From Gammaproteobacteria bacterium (GTDB lineage Bacteria > Pseudomonadota > Gammaproteobacteria > UBA4575), in contig CBDEUS010000002.1 of assembly GCA_965243395.1 (NCBI GenBank), positions 1,120,001 to 1,184,000 of the forward strand: 64,000 nt of DNA, in the 5' to 3' direction. Position numbers and translations under genes: made by a program. Each line of letters begins with the position of its first letter. Position 1 is the first letter of the stretch. The notes under the pieces are model-generated. The model was given only the letters and a program-made list of their open reading frames with translations, was not told the origin of the DNA and ran no database searches. This document shows, in pieces, positions 42,824 through 52,547 of this stretch.

Positions 42824-43468
42824 ATGAAACTATTTCTTATCGTAATATTTTTGTTGCACAGCGCCCAAAGTTTTGCGCAGGGTAATTATGAAGAAATTAA
42901 TAAGCGAAGAAATCATATTCAGTACATCAACAATCCAGAAACGGTTTTTGATTTAAACAGTCTCCCAATTTGTTCGAACTATGGTTGTTCGAAAATATCA
43001 AATGCATCGATTAGTAGTGAAACTTTAGCGGTCATTAATAATACTCTTGCATTGTCAATTGAATCTCCTGCCTCTGAAAGAGAGGCGTTGGCGTATGTAA
43101 TTGGAATTTTTGAAAAAGTTATAGGGGAACAAACTAATACGCAAAATGATATTGGCGGCACCTTTCGTACCTATCTTCATACTTCTAAAAGTAAGAGTGA
43201 ACAAATGGATTGTATAGATGAGTCAGCAAACACACTTTTATATTTAAGAGTGCTTAATCAAAAGAACAAAATTATTTGGCACGAAATAATAAGTTTGAGT
43301 ACACGAGGCGGTATTTTTGCAGGTTATCCTCATACCGCTGTTTTATTGAAAGAAAAACAAAGTCAGGAAAAATTTATTATCGATTCATGGTTTCATGACA
43401 ATGCCCAACCTGCTGAAGTGGTGAGTTACAAAAAGTGGAAAAAGGGCTGGAAGCCAGAGAAAAAATAG
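42824..43468 (+). CDS. Exported hypothetical protein with candidate Cys-His-Asp triad
   Basis: Signal peptide (SFA), QMDCIDES.N, YPHTAV, IIDSWF. Confidence 0.75.
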   Translation: MKLFLIVIFLLHSAQSFAQGNYEEINKRRNHIQYINNPETVFDLNSLPICSNYGCSKISNASISSETLAVINNTLALSIESPASEREALAYVIGIFEKVIGEQTNTQNDIGGTFRTYLHTSKSKSEQMDCIDESANTLLYLRVLNQKNKIIWHEIISLSTRGGIFAGYPHTAVLLKEKQSQEKFIIDSWFHDNAQPAEVVSYKKWKKGWKPEKK

Positions 43469-43491
43469 CTCTACATCTTGTAGAGCTATTT
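43463..43491. terminator. Bidirectional hairpin between convergent genes
   Basis: AAATAGCTCTACA-TCT-TGTAGAGCTATTT, a perfect 13-bp stem. Confidence 0.75.
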
Positions 43492-43499
43492 ATCAAAGT

Positions 43500-43991
43500 T
43501 TAATTAACTAATGTATCTGTAATGATGTGAGAGTTTACGATATCTTTGCGAACAGACCAGAGAATGGCTAATACTTCATTGCGTTCACGCTGGGCAACTT
43601 TGTGCATTTCACATGCAGCAAGCACATCATCTACAACTGCATTAAATTCCATTTCACTGATATTCATACCTTTGTGCGCTGTTTTCATATCCATGCCTTT
43701 ATATTCAACATCAGTGGCACCAGTAGCCGCAGCAAATATTTCAAATACTCTTTTCTTTACATAAGCTGGATCACTAGCTGCAAAACGATCTTTGACAATT
43801 GGATTTTTTGCGTGGTTGTTCCATATGTCTTCCACAATAGCTTTTACTTTTTCACGACCACCTATTCGTTCATACAAAGATCTTTCTACAGAAACAGATG
43901 TGTCAGGGGTTTCGGATGAACACGCTGTTAAAAACAAGCTGATAAGTAAAATAAGCGCGAGATTTGTAATTTTAAGGATCGTAATTTTCAT
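43500..43991 (-). CDS. Group I truncated hemoglobin with lipoprotein signal
   Basis: SLYERIGG, Y.G.DM..AH.GMNIS..EF; lipobox LTA-C. Confidence 0.88.
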   Translation of the reverse strand: MKITILKITNLALILLISLFLTACSSETPDTSVSVERSLYERIGGREKVKAIVEDIWNNHAKNPIVKDRFAASDPAYVKKRVFEIFAAATGATDVEYKGMDMKTAHKGMNISEMEFNAVVDDVLAACEMHKVAQRERNEVLAILWSVRKDIVNSHIITDTLVN

Positions 43992-44094
43992 TATGGTTCT
44001 CCGCGGTCTTCAACCAGAAAAGTAGATTTATTTTTATCGTATATAGTACTCATATTGTGACTTTCTTACTACTCTCTGCATATAGTGTATATCG

Positions 44095-44120
44095 TTGATT
44101 TATATAAGCTATTCCCCATA
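44095..44120 (+). promoter_or_regulatory. Possible sigma32-type promoter upstream of uup
   Basis: TTGATT-N13-CCCCAT versus consensus CTTGAAA-N13/14-CCCCATnT; partial match only. Confidence 0.3.
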
Positions 44121-44140
44121 AAAAAGTTGATACATAAATT

Positions 44141-46030
44141 ATGAGCCTGGTTCGATTTGATGAAGTGTCACTGGAGTTTGGTGACACGCCACTTTTGGTG
44201 GGAGCAAATTTTGCTATCGAAGCAAAAGAGCGCGTGTGCTTGATTGGGCGTAATGGTGCAGGAAAGTCCTCAATGCTGAAAATGATTGCCTATGAATTAC
44301 AGCCGGATCATGGTGAGATTCAGTGGAGAGGTAATCTTCGGATAAGTACGTTGGAACAAAACCTTATGGAAAGTTCTGATGAGTTGGTAAAAGACGTGAT
44401 TCTGCATGGATTGATTGAGCAACAAAAATTAATTGATCGGTACCATGCTTTATCAATGCAAGATTTAGATAAAGCTGGGCTAAACGAATTGCATGAATTA
44501 CAGCAACTCATCGACGCCTGTGGAGGTTGGCAGCTTGAGCAACGCGTTGAAACTATCATGACACAACTACAATTACCTGGAGAGAAAAAACTGAACGAGT
44601 TGTCAGGTGGTTGGCGTAGAAGAGTCGCTTTAGGGAAAGCACTTGTATCTCAACCTGAGCTGCTGCTCTTAGATGAACCTACTAATCATTTAGATATTAG
44701 TACCATCGAGTGGTTAGAGCATCACGTGCGGGGTTATCAAGGTAGTGTAATTTTCATTACACATGATCGTACGTTTTTACAAAAGCTTGCTACACGCATT
44801 GTAGAAATTGATCGTGGAAAGTTGATTAGTTGGCCAGGGAATTACAACAATTACCTCAAATTAAAAGAGAAAGCTCTGGAAGAAGAAGAGGTAAGCAACA
44901 AATTATTTGATAAAAAATTAGCGCAAGAAGAAGTTTGGATTCGTCAGGGAATTAAAGCCAGGCGAACACGCAATGAAGGACGTGTTCGTGCGCTAAAGGC
45001 AATGCGAGAAGAACGTGCAAAACGCATCAAGCGAGAAGGTGCGGCACGTATACATTTAGAGGAAGCGGAAAAATCGGGACGTAAAGTAATTACTGTTCGA
45101 AATGTTACACATGGATACGGAGAGCGGGTCTTGATTAGAGACTTTTCACTAAAAGTGCAGCGTGGCGATCGTATCGGTTTGATTGGTAATAATGGCGTTG
45201 GTAAAAGTACCTTATTAAAAATACTGCTCGGTGAAATTACCCCAAATATAGGAACAGTAAAACTAGGTACAAACTTAGAGATAGCATATTTTGATCAACT
45301 TAGACAAGACCTTGAGCTGAATAAAACCATTGCCGAAAATATTGGCGAAGGGAAAGAGTACATAACCTTAAATGGTAAAGAACGACATGTGATTGGATAT
45401 CTGAAAAACTTTTTATTTAGTCCTAAGCGTGCCATGACTCCTGTGAAAGCCTTGTCTGGAGGTGAGCGTAATCGTGTAATACTTGCAAAGTTATTTACCA
45501 AACCTGCCAATTTATTAATCTTGGATGAACCTACAAATGACTTAGATGTGGAAATGTTGGAGGTTTTAGAACAGCGCTTAGTGGAATTTACCGGGACATT
45601 GATTTTGGTCAGCCATGATCGTGATTTTTTAGATAACGTAGTAACCAGTACATTAGTGTTTGAGGAAGATGGTGGATTGCAAGAATATGTGGGTGGATAT
45701 AAAGACTGGGTACGTCGTGGAAAACAATTGCTGGAAACGGATATACCTAGTGGTAAAACTACTAAGGCAACAATACAAGTATCAGCTCATGGTATAGAAA
45801 GAAAATCAAAGAAGTTAAGTTATAAGTTACAACGAGAATTAGATAATCTTCCTGCAAAAATTGAAGAGCTGGAAAAATTTATTGAGAGTCTTACGGTAAC
45901 CGTAGAAAAGCCTGATTTTTATGAACAGCCTTATGAAAAAACAAGTGAGGTGCTTGAGCAACTTTCTATAGCTCAGCAAGAGTTCGATGCCGCGATGGAA
46001 CGATGGTCTGAACTTGAAAACATGCTTTAG
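44141..46030 (+). CDS. uup: ABC-F ATPase Uup
   Basis: Two ABC cassettes, linker EEVWIRQGIKARRTRNEGRVRAL, C-terminal KLSYKLQREL coiled coil. Confidence 0.95.
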   Translation: MSLVRFDEVSLEFGDTPLLVGANFAIEAKERVCLIGRNGAGKSSMLKMIAYELQPDHGEIQWRGNLRISTLEQNLMESSDELVKDVILHGLIEQQKLIDRYHALSMQDLDKAGLNELHELQQLIDACGGWQLEQRVETIMTQLQLPGEKKLNELSGGWRRRVALGKALVSQPELLLLDEPTNHLDISTIEWLEHHVRGYQGSVIFITHDRTFLQKLATRIVEIDRGKLISWPGNYNNYLKLKEKALEEEEVSNKLFDKKLAQEEVWIRQGIKARRTRNEGRVRALKAMREERAKRIKREGAARIHLEEAEKSGRKVITVRNVTHGYGERVLIRDFSLKVQRGDRIGLIGNNGVGKSTLLKILLGEITPNIGTVKLGTNLEIAYFDQLRQDLELNKTIAENIGEGKEYITLNGKERHVIGYLKNFLFSPKRAMTPVKALSGGERNRVILAKLFTKPANLLILDEPTNDLDVEMLEVLEQRLVEFTGTLILVSHDRDFLDNVVTSTLVFEEDGGLQEYVGGYKDWVRRGKQLLETDIPSGKTTKATIQVSAHGIERKSKKLSYKLQRELDNLPAKIEELEKFIESLTVTVEKPDFYEQPYEKTSEVLEQLSIAQQEFDAAMERWSELENML

Positions 46031-46320
46031 TAAATTATAGGTTTTGTAATCTCAATAAATTTATTTTAGCCGGATCGTATTTTAGTCTTTGATATTCAAA
46101 TAAGCTTTTATTGATATGGGCTTATGTCAGTACTATAAGTGAGGTATTGGTCACATTAATAGCACTAAAGTAGCTATGAAAACTCGCTTTCATCCCTAAA
46201 AGTGAACCACTCGTCGTTAAATTCCCAGCCGTATTGATAAATTGCTCGCAAAGGAAATAGCGCGTTAACAAATCGCGTGCCTATAACCCTGTTATAAAAA
46301 AGGGTTAATCGAATGAAATC

Positions 46321-49011
46321 ATGGAGGACAGTCAAGTGGTTCAAAAGCTAAACTCATTTACGGGTTCACTGTTATATACAGTGATCATTTTGGCGCAATT
46401 CAATGTTGCACACGCAGGCCCACTTGGTACGAGTGATCCAGCAGCCTGTACGCAAGTTGGTACAACGTTGACTTGCACAGGCAATTTATCAGGCGGTGTA
46501 GAAGCAGATGGTCCTGCAATTGAAACGCTAAATGTTAATACGCTTAATCAAGCGATCACTCCGGCAAACGGTGTTGATGGTATTAACTTTAGTGACAATG
46601 CTGCTGCAACAGGCGTAACGATAAATAGCGACACTGGAGTGTTTGGCATTGTGACTACTGATGATGATGCTGAAGGGATTAATTCAAGTGAAAGTGGTGA
46701 TGGTGATCAATCAATAACTTCAATTGGAAATATATCCACTGATGGCGCACGTTCAGAAGGAATTGTTGCAAATGAAAGTGGAGACGGTTTTCAAACCATT
46801 AATTCCAGCGGAAATATTTCGACATTGGGCACAGGTTCAGACGGAATAGATGCCAGTGAAGATGGAAATGGAGATGTAACAATTATCTCCAGTGGAAATA
46901 TTACAACGCTAGGTAATAACGCCGATGGAATACAGTCAGATGAAAGTGGCGAAGGGAATCAATCGATTACTTCAATTGGTGATATCAGCACTGCTGGTAC
47001 AAGTTCGGATGGTATCCAAGCAAATGAAAACGATGCTGGTAACCAAACAATAACGTCAACTGGTGATATTTTTACAGCTGAAGATAATGCTGATGGAATT
47101 GTAGCAAATGAAAATGACGATGGTGACCAAACAATTTCAGCAACTGGAAACATAACAACTTTAAATGCAGACGGAATTAATGCATCTGAAAATGGTGTTG
47201 GCATCCAAAATGTAACTGCAGCAGGAAGTATTTCGACTGCTGGAAATGGCAATGGAAGCATTGAAGCTGATGAAAGTGGCGAAGGTGACCAATTAATAAC
47301 TTTCAATGGAGATCTTGCTACTACTGGGAATGATGCCGAAGGTATTTTTGCGACTGAAGATAATGAGGGTAATCAAGTAATCAGTACTACTGGGAGCATT
47401 TCAACAAGTGGAGCACGTTCTGAAGGAATAGAAGCAATAGAAACTGGTGATGGAGACTTAATAGTTACTTCAACAAGCAATATCGAAACACAAGGTACTA
47501 ATGCGGATGGTATTCAAGTGTCTGAAGCTGGTGATGGTGATATCACAGTTACATCGGCGGGTAACATTACCGTTAACGGTGCAAATGCATCAGGTGTATT
47601 TGTAACGGCTGATGCAGGTACTCAGACCATAGTAAATCTTTCAGGTGGTGATATCCAAGGTGGTACCGGTAATGGCGCAGGTGTGAATTTCGAAAACGCA
47701 TTGGGTACAAACACACTTAATATATTTTCCGGAACAAGCTTGTCTGCTTTATCAGGAGTTGCCATACGTGGAAGTGATGGTAATGATACAGTATCGAATG
47801 CGGGTATTATCAATGGCAATATTGAGTTAGGTGCGGGAGACGATACATTAAACCTTTTAGCAGGTTCTCAAGTTAATGGAATTATTGACGGTGGGGCTGA
47901 TAATGATTCGGCCAACATATTTTCATCGGGCCTTGGGCCATCAACGAGCATAAGTTTCAGTAATTTTGAAAACATCAATCTTACTTCTGATATGCCGGGT
48001 GTCGTGGTAGGGAATACTGCGATTACAGTTGACCCTACTGGCTACTCTTATCTAGGTGAAGTTGTAAATGAGGTTGTGTCAGATATACACCAAAATATCC
48101 ATCAACGATTGGTGCGAACTAAAGATCAAAGTCTAGAGTATGTGCAAGTTGCCTCTTTGAATAATAGCTCTGGAATTCATCCTGAAATCCGAAGTGGTGC
48201 AACTTGGGGCAAGATTTTTGGTTCCCGAAATGAACGTGATGGTGATAAAGGCGTTCTTGATTACGAGCATGACTACTACGGAGTTGTAGGCGGTGCTGAA
48301 CGTGATTTTGGTTCAAAAAGAGTTGGCTTGTTAGTTGGCTATGCATCGAGTGATGTGGATACTGAATTACAATCTTTTGATACTGATGTCGATAGTTACT
48401 TTATCGGAGCATACCAGCTAAGCAAACTGGGCCTTCTAGATTTAACATTGAGTGTGTTAGGTGGTTATGAAGACTACAATAATAAACGCCTGGTTGTGGG
48501 AGGAATAAATGGTACCGAGGAAGCTACCTCTGATTTCAATAACTACTTTATAAGTCCATCCGTAACGTTAAGCGCTGATCAAAGGATAAATGAAAGCCTA
48601 GAGCTCAGAACTTTTGCAAGTCTGGTGTACACCGCCGCATTTTTTGACAGTTATACGGAGTCAGGCACAACTGCTTCTAATCTAGATATTGATAGTCGCA
48701 ATGTTCAAGCATTGTATGCACGATCACAAATTGCAGGAGCTTATTTTATTCCTGGTGGAGAAGTTGAGTTGCGTGCAGGTTTGGATTCTCGGTTTATGGA
48801 TGAAGACCGAGTGGAAGCAAGCCTCGCTGGAACAAACTTTCAGTTTGCCAACACCGATGATGACGAAGTGATGGGTGCATATGTAGGAGCAGGAATGCGA
48901 GTTGTTGATGTAGACAATAATCTATCATTAGTGGCTGATGTTGAATATCGTGCTGCGGATGGTGGTGAAGAACAATTATCTGGTAGTCTCGGTTTAGAAT
49001 ACTCATTCTAA
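46321..49011 (+). CDS. Autotransporter with acidic tandem-repeat passenger
   Basis: Signal peptide (AHA), about 11-12 repeats of about 28 aa, C-terminal beta-barrel ending GLEYSF. Confidence 0.88.
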   Translation: MEDSQVVQKLNSFTGSLLYTVIILAQFNVAHAGPLGTSDPAACTQVGTTLTCTGNLSGGVEADGPAIETLNVNTLNQAITPANGVDGINFSDNAAATGVTINSDTGVFGIVTTDDDAEGINSSESGDGDQSITSIGNISTDGARSEGIVANESGDGFQTINSSGNISTLGTGSDGIDASEDGNGDVTIISSGNITTLGNNADGIQSDESGEGNQSITSIGDISTAGTSSDGIQANENDAGNQTITSTGDIFTAEDNADGIVANENDDGDQTISATGNITTLNADGINASENGVGIQNVTAAGSISTAGNGNGSIEADESGEGDQLITFNGDLATTGNDAEGIFATEDNEGNQVISTTGSISTSGARSEGIEAIETGDGDLIVTSTSNIETQGTNADGIQVSEAGDGDITVTSAGNITVNGANASGVFVTADAGTQTIVNLSGGDIQGGTGNGAGVNFENALGTNTLNIFSGTSLSALSGVAIRGSDGNDTVSNAGIINGNIELGAGDDTLNLLAGSQVNGIIDGGADNDSANIFSSGLGPSTSISFSNFENINLTSDMPGVVVGNTAITVDPTGYSYLGEVVNEVVSDIHQNIHQRLVRTKDQSLEYVQVASLNNSSGIHPEIRSGATWGKIFGSRNERDGDKGVLDYEHDYYGVVGGAERDFGSKRVGLLVGYASSDVDTELQSFDTDVDSYFIGAYQLSKLGLLDLTLSVLGGYEDYNNKRLVVGGINGTEEATSDFNNYFISPSVTLSADQRINESLELRTFASLVYTAAFFDSYTESGTTASNLDIDSRNVQALYARSQIAGAYFIPGGEVELRAGLDSRFMDEDRVEASLAGTNFQFANTDDDEVMGAYVGAGMRVVDVDNNLSLVADVEYRAADGGEEQLSGSLGLEYSF

Positions 49012-49077
49012 GATAGTAATTTAAAGATAAGAATTACTAAGATACATACTTTAGAAAGCTTTGTTTTGATAAAACAC

Positions 49078-50178
49078 TTAGTTCTTCATTAATCCAAAGC
49101 TTTCAAGGTATTCTTTGCATTCAATGTAGTTGCCTCGAAAACAAATAAATTCATCACGTTTTCTTAACTGATCCTCATACATAGGGTCATAATAATTATC
49201 TAGAATTGTGCTCAGCCAGTTATAGTGGCCTGAAATATCACCAGACTTTTCATGCCTTTGAAGTGCGTTGCTCATGGCTTTATACGCATTTGTATAACGT
49301 ACGGGCCCTAGTCTTTTTTTAATTTTTTCTAAGCTTTGCAATAAATAATCTGAAAAAAGAGCAAACGAATTTTCTGCTTCAATGTTTTTAAACTCTGCAA
49401 GCATATCTAAGACATACTCTTGTATTAATCTTTCTAGTCTCGTTTGAAAAGGCTCTTCAATTACAACAATGGGCGATTTGCGCATAGTTTCGAATAAGGA
49501 TTTTGGCAGTCCAACTCTGCCTATGGTTCTTGCTTCATCTTCTAATACAATGTTGAGAATATTTTCATGACGTAGCTTTAAAAACTCGATGGCGATGATA
49601 TTTTCAAAATTAATTTGATTATTTTGTTCTTGCGCATGGCGTCCAAAACTTGATCCGCGGTGGTAGGCAGCGGCTTCTAAGTCAACAGTATTGTTAAGCT
49701 CATTTATGAGTGCGGTTTTAGCCGAACCTGTTTTACCGCCAACCAGTTTAAATGAACATTTTTGCGCAGTAAGTTCTATTTCATTAATTAAGAATGAACG
49801 CATTGCTTTGTAACCACCTTGCACAATGGGTAGGTCTGTGCCCGCCTCGTGCATCCATTGTTTAGTGATTTTTGATCTCAAGCCGCCGCGAAAGCAATAT
49901 AGGAAGCCATTGGGATTTTCATTTGCAAATTTAACCCATGCATGAATGCGAGCGTCTCGAATTTTGCCCTTTACCAGCTCGCATCCCTTTAAGATGGCTT
50001 GATCTTGACCGTGATTTTTATAACAAATACCAACTGTTTCACGTTGGTAGTTGTCCATAATGGGTAAATTTTTTGCGTTAGGAAACGCGCCACGCTGAAA
50101 TTCGATGGGCGCGCGAACATCCATTAACGGAAGGCTATTTATAAATAAATTTGAATAAATATCAGTCTGCTGTTGCAT
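49078..50178 (-). CDS. mnmH: tRNA 2-selenouridine synthase
   Basis: DVRAPIEF..G, rhodanese YCFRGGLRS, GGYKA.R, P-loop-like GKTGSAKT, DLE..A.HRGSSFG, YYDPMY. Confidence 0.95.
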   Translation of the reverse strand: MQQQTDIYSNLFINSLPLMDVRAPIEFQRGAFPNAKNLPIMDNYQRETVGICYKNHGQDQAILKGCELVKGKIRDARIHAWVKFANENPNGFLYCFRGGLRSKITKQWMHEAGTDLPIVQGGYKAMRSFLINEIELTAQKCSFKLVGGKTGSAKTALINELNNTVDLEAAAYHRGSSFGRHAQEQNNQINFENIIAIEFLKLRHENILNIVLEDEARTIGRVGLPKSLFETMRKSPIVVIEEPFQTRLERLIQEYVLDMLAEFKNIEAENSFALFSDYLLQSLEKIKKRLGPVRYTNAYKAMSNALQRHEKSGDISGHYNWLSTILDNYYDPMYEDQLRKRDEFICFRGNYIECKEYLESFGLMKN

Positions 50179-50182
50179 TCAA

Positions 50183-50884
50183 TTAATTACTAGAAAAATA
50201 GATATCACCGTAACTAGCGCTTGCGGTGCTGCCTGAGTTATCTGTATCAGTCATAATTGCAACACCATCGATGTGTTTTGGCAACTTATCAAAATGTTTT
50301 AACAGGTCTTCTTTTATATTTACTTTCTCTACATGCCAAGCACCTTCTTCATCCTGACTACATCGTAAAGGAATCATGATTGCTTTATCTGTATAAGAAT
50401 TTGGCCAAGGAGGAAGGATAGAGTTGTTGCTGGACCATATATAATTAAGCGCTTTAGCACTTAGTGGTGTGATACCTGTTTTGAACACGACGTAAATTCT
50501 GGCAGCATAATCGTCTCCTGTTTTTGTTTGTTCATTTTGTTTTGGCAGCAATTGATTAACTCGCCAGGTCCAGTTTAGATAAGGGGTTTCGTGAATATTT
50601 ACCTTAACTCTTTTATATAAAGCGGATGCAGATTGCATGCTTTCAGCTTGTAAAAAATATTGTTGGCCATCGGATTTAAAAGTGTATTCGGTTTTTCCCT
50701 CAAATGATTTATTTTTCCAACCTTGTAGATTCATCTTCGAGAATTCGGCTATCTGAATTTTTTCAACAGATGCTGAAATCGTATGAATGCTTAAAATTAT
50801 TAAGAAACAACTAGCATAAAGAGCAATAGCAACGGATTTCGTTAATGTTAATTTCAGGCACTTATTTATGTAGTTTAATAGCAT
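50183..50884 (-). CDS. DUF3047-domain periplasmic protein
   Basis: TPYL.W.W, GDDYAARIYV, ALNYIW, GVAIMTDTDN...A.YGDI.F. Confidence 0.85.
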   Translation of the reverse strand: MLLNYINKCLKLTLTKSVAIALYASCFLIILSIHTISASVEKIQIAEFSKMNLQGWKNKSFEGKTEYTFKSDGQQYFLQAESMQSASALYKRVKVNIHETPYLNWTWRVNQLLPKQNEQTKTGDDYAARIYVVFKTGITPLSAKALNYIWSSNNSILPPWPNSYTDKAIMIPLRCSQDEEGAWHVEKVNIKEDLLKHFDKLPKHIDGVAIMTDTDNSGSTASASYGDIYFSSN

Positions 50885-50918
50885 TGTAAGCCTTGGGAAT
50901 TTGAAATACAGTTATTCA

Positions 50919-51971
50919 ATGTTAAATAATCCATACTATAGCCAAGACCAGCACGGTCCTTATAAGTTCTATGAACTGGGAGATTTTCATCTTGAGTCTG
51001 GTGAAATCTTAAAAAGTGCTCAACTTGCCTACGCTGTACATGGAACGCTTAATGAAGCTAAAGATAATGCAATCTTATTTACAATTATGTTCTCGGGTAC
51101 TTCCAAGAACATGGAACATTATATCGGGCCCGGAAAAGCTCTAGATCCAGAAAAATACTGCATTATTTTACCGAATCAGTTGGGCGCAGGCTTATCAACT
51201 TCACCCCATAACATTGATGGTGCACAAGCAATGTCGAAATTTCCGGAAATTTCGATCGCGGATGACGTGATGGCACAACATAAATTACTGACAGAGTTAT
51301 TTGGTTTACAACAACTCCAGTTGGTAACAGGATGGTCTATGGGCGCACAACAAACTTATGAGTGGGCGATTCGTTATCCAGATATGGTCAAGCGCGCGGC
51401 ACCTATTGCCGGAACAGCAAAATGCACTGCGCATGATACCTTATATGTGGATGTTTTCAGCAAGGCCTTAAAGTCTGATCCAGAATGGAAAGATGGTGAG
51501 TATACAAAACCTAATGCATGTAGTGAGGGTCTTAAGCGTTTAGCACACGTTTTTGCCTTGATGGGATTGTGTACGGAGTTTTACCAACAAGAGCAATGGC
51601 AAAAGATAGGCTTTGATTCAATGCAGGCAATGCTCAGTGGATTTTGGGAGGCATGGTTTCAGCCTATGGACCCAAATGCCTTATTAGTACAAGCTAGGAA
51701 ATGGCAAAATGGAGATTCCAGTAAACATGCCGGTGGTAATTTAGAGCAGGCATTAAAGCAAATACAAGCAAAAACTCATGTAATTGCATTTGAGCAAGAT
51801 ATGTTTGTTCCTGTTGAAGATTGCAAAAACGAGCAGCAATATATTTCTGATAGTGAATTAAAGATAATTCCATCTTTGATGGGGCACTTCGCCATGTTGG
51901 GTTTATTCGAGGAAGACTTCGCAGCGATCAATGGTTTATTCAGTGAACTGCTATCCTCTGATGTTTCATAA
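50919..51971 (+). CDS. MetX-like alpha/beta hydrolase/acyltransferase
   Basis: F.LESG, LAY...G.LN..KDNAIL, ALDPEKY, GWSMG, D.F, GH. Confidence 0.85.
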   Translation: MLNNPYYSQDQHGPYKFYELGDFHLESGEILKSAQLAYAVHGTLNEAKDNAILFTIMFSGTSKNMEHYIGPGKALDPEKYCIILPNQLGAGLSTSPHNIDGAQAMSKFPEISIADDVMAQHKLLTELFGLQQLQLVTGWSMGAQQTYEWAIRYPDMVKRAAPIAGTAKCTAHDTLYVDVFSKALKSDPEWKDGEYTKPNACSEGLKRLAHVFALMGLCTEFYQQEQWQKIGFDSMQAMLSGFWEAWFQPMDPNALLVQARKWQNGDSSKHAGGNLEQALKQIQAKTHVIAFEQDMFVPVEDCKNEQQYISDSELKIIPSLMGHFAMLGLFEEDFAAINGLFSELLSSDVS

Positions 51972-52046
51972 GGCATATTCATCTTGTTACTAACAAGCTT
52001 GTATAATTCGTTCTTTAAGAGCTATCTAGGAAAATAGTATTTAACT

Positions 52047-52532
52047 ATGTCAGCACATTATAAGTGGTTTGGAAAACGTGAGTCGGTCGAAGAGGTGGAA
52101 GAAGGCCAGACCCTTGCGCCGAAATTTGATGAGCATGGTTTAGTTCCTGCGGTAACCACTGCTGCGCAAAATGGTGAATTACTGATGCTTGGATATATGA
52201 ATGCTGAAGCATTGGAGAAGACCATTGAAACAGGTGAAGCCCATTACTGGAGCCGTAGCCGCGAGTGTTTATGGCATAAAGGTGCGACCAGTGGTTTGAT
52301 ACAAAAAGTAGTTGAATTGAGAATTGATGATGATCAAGATGCAATTTGGCTGCGAGTAGATGTTGTTGGTGATGCGAGTTGTCATGTTGGTTATCGGTCA
52401 TGTTTTTACCGCGCTATTCCAACAGGCGAAAAACAAGAAGATTCCCCAATTAAAATGGAATTTAAGGAATACGAAAAAGTATTTGATCCTGAAGAAGTGT
52501 ATGGAGATGCGCCCAACCCAACAAAGTTATAG
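52047..52532 (+). CDS. hisI: Phosphoribosyl-AMP cyclohydrolase (DDD variant)
   Basis: YWSRSR..LW.KG.TSG, DDDQD, SCH.G..SCF. Confidence 0.93.
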   Translation: MSAHYKWFGKRESVEEVEEGQTLAPKFDEHGLVPAVTTAAQNGELLMLGYMNAEALEKTIETGEAHYWSRSRECLWHKGATSGLIQKVVELRIDDDQDAIWLRVDVVGDASCHVGYRSCFYRAIPTGEKQEDSPIKMEFKEYEKVFDPEEVYGDAPNPTKL

Positions 52533-52547
52533 CTAGATTTTTTGCAA

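Noticed and set aside
46600-47600. Repeats in the autotransporter as a CRISPR-like or nucleotide repeat array
   Set aside because: They are in-frame protein repeats with diverged codons and no identical repeat-spacer structure.
51983-51997. Palindrome CTTGTTA-C-TAACAAG upstream of hisI as a Zur box
   Set aside because: Half-site spacing does not fit GAAATGTTATA-N-TATAACATTTC.
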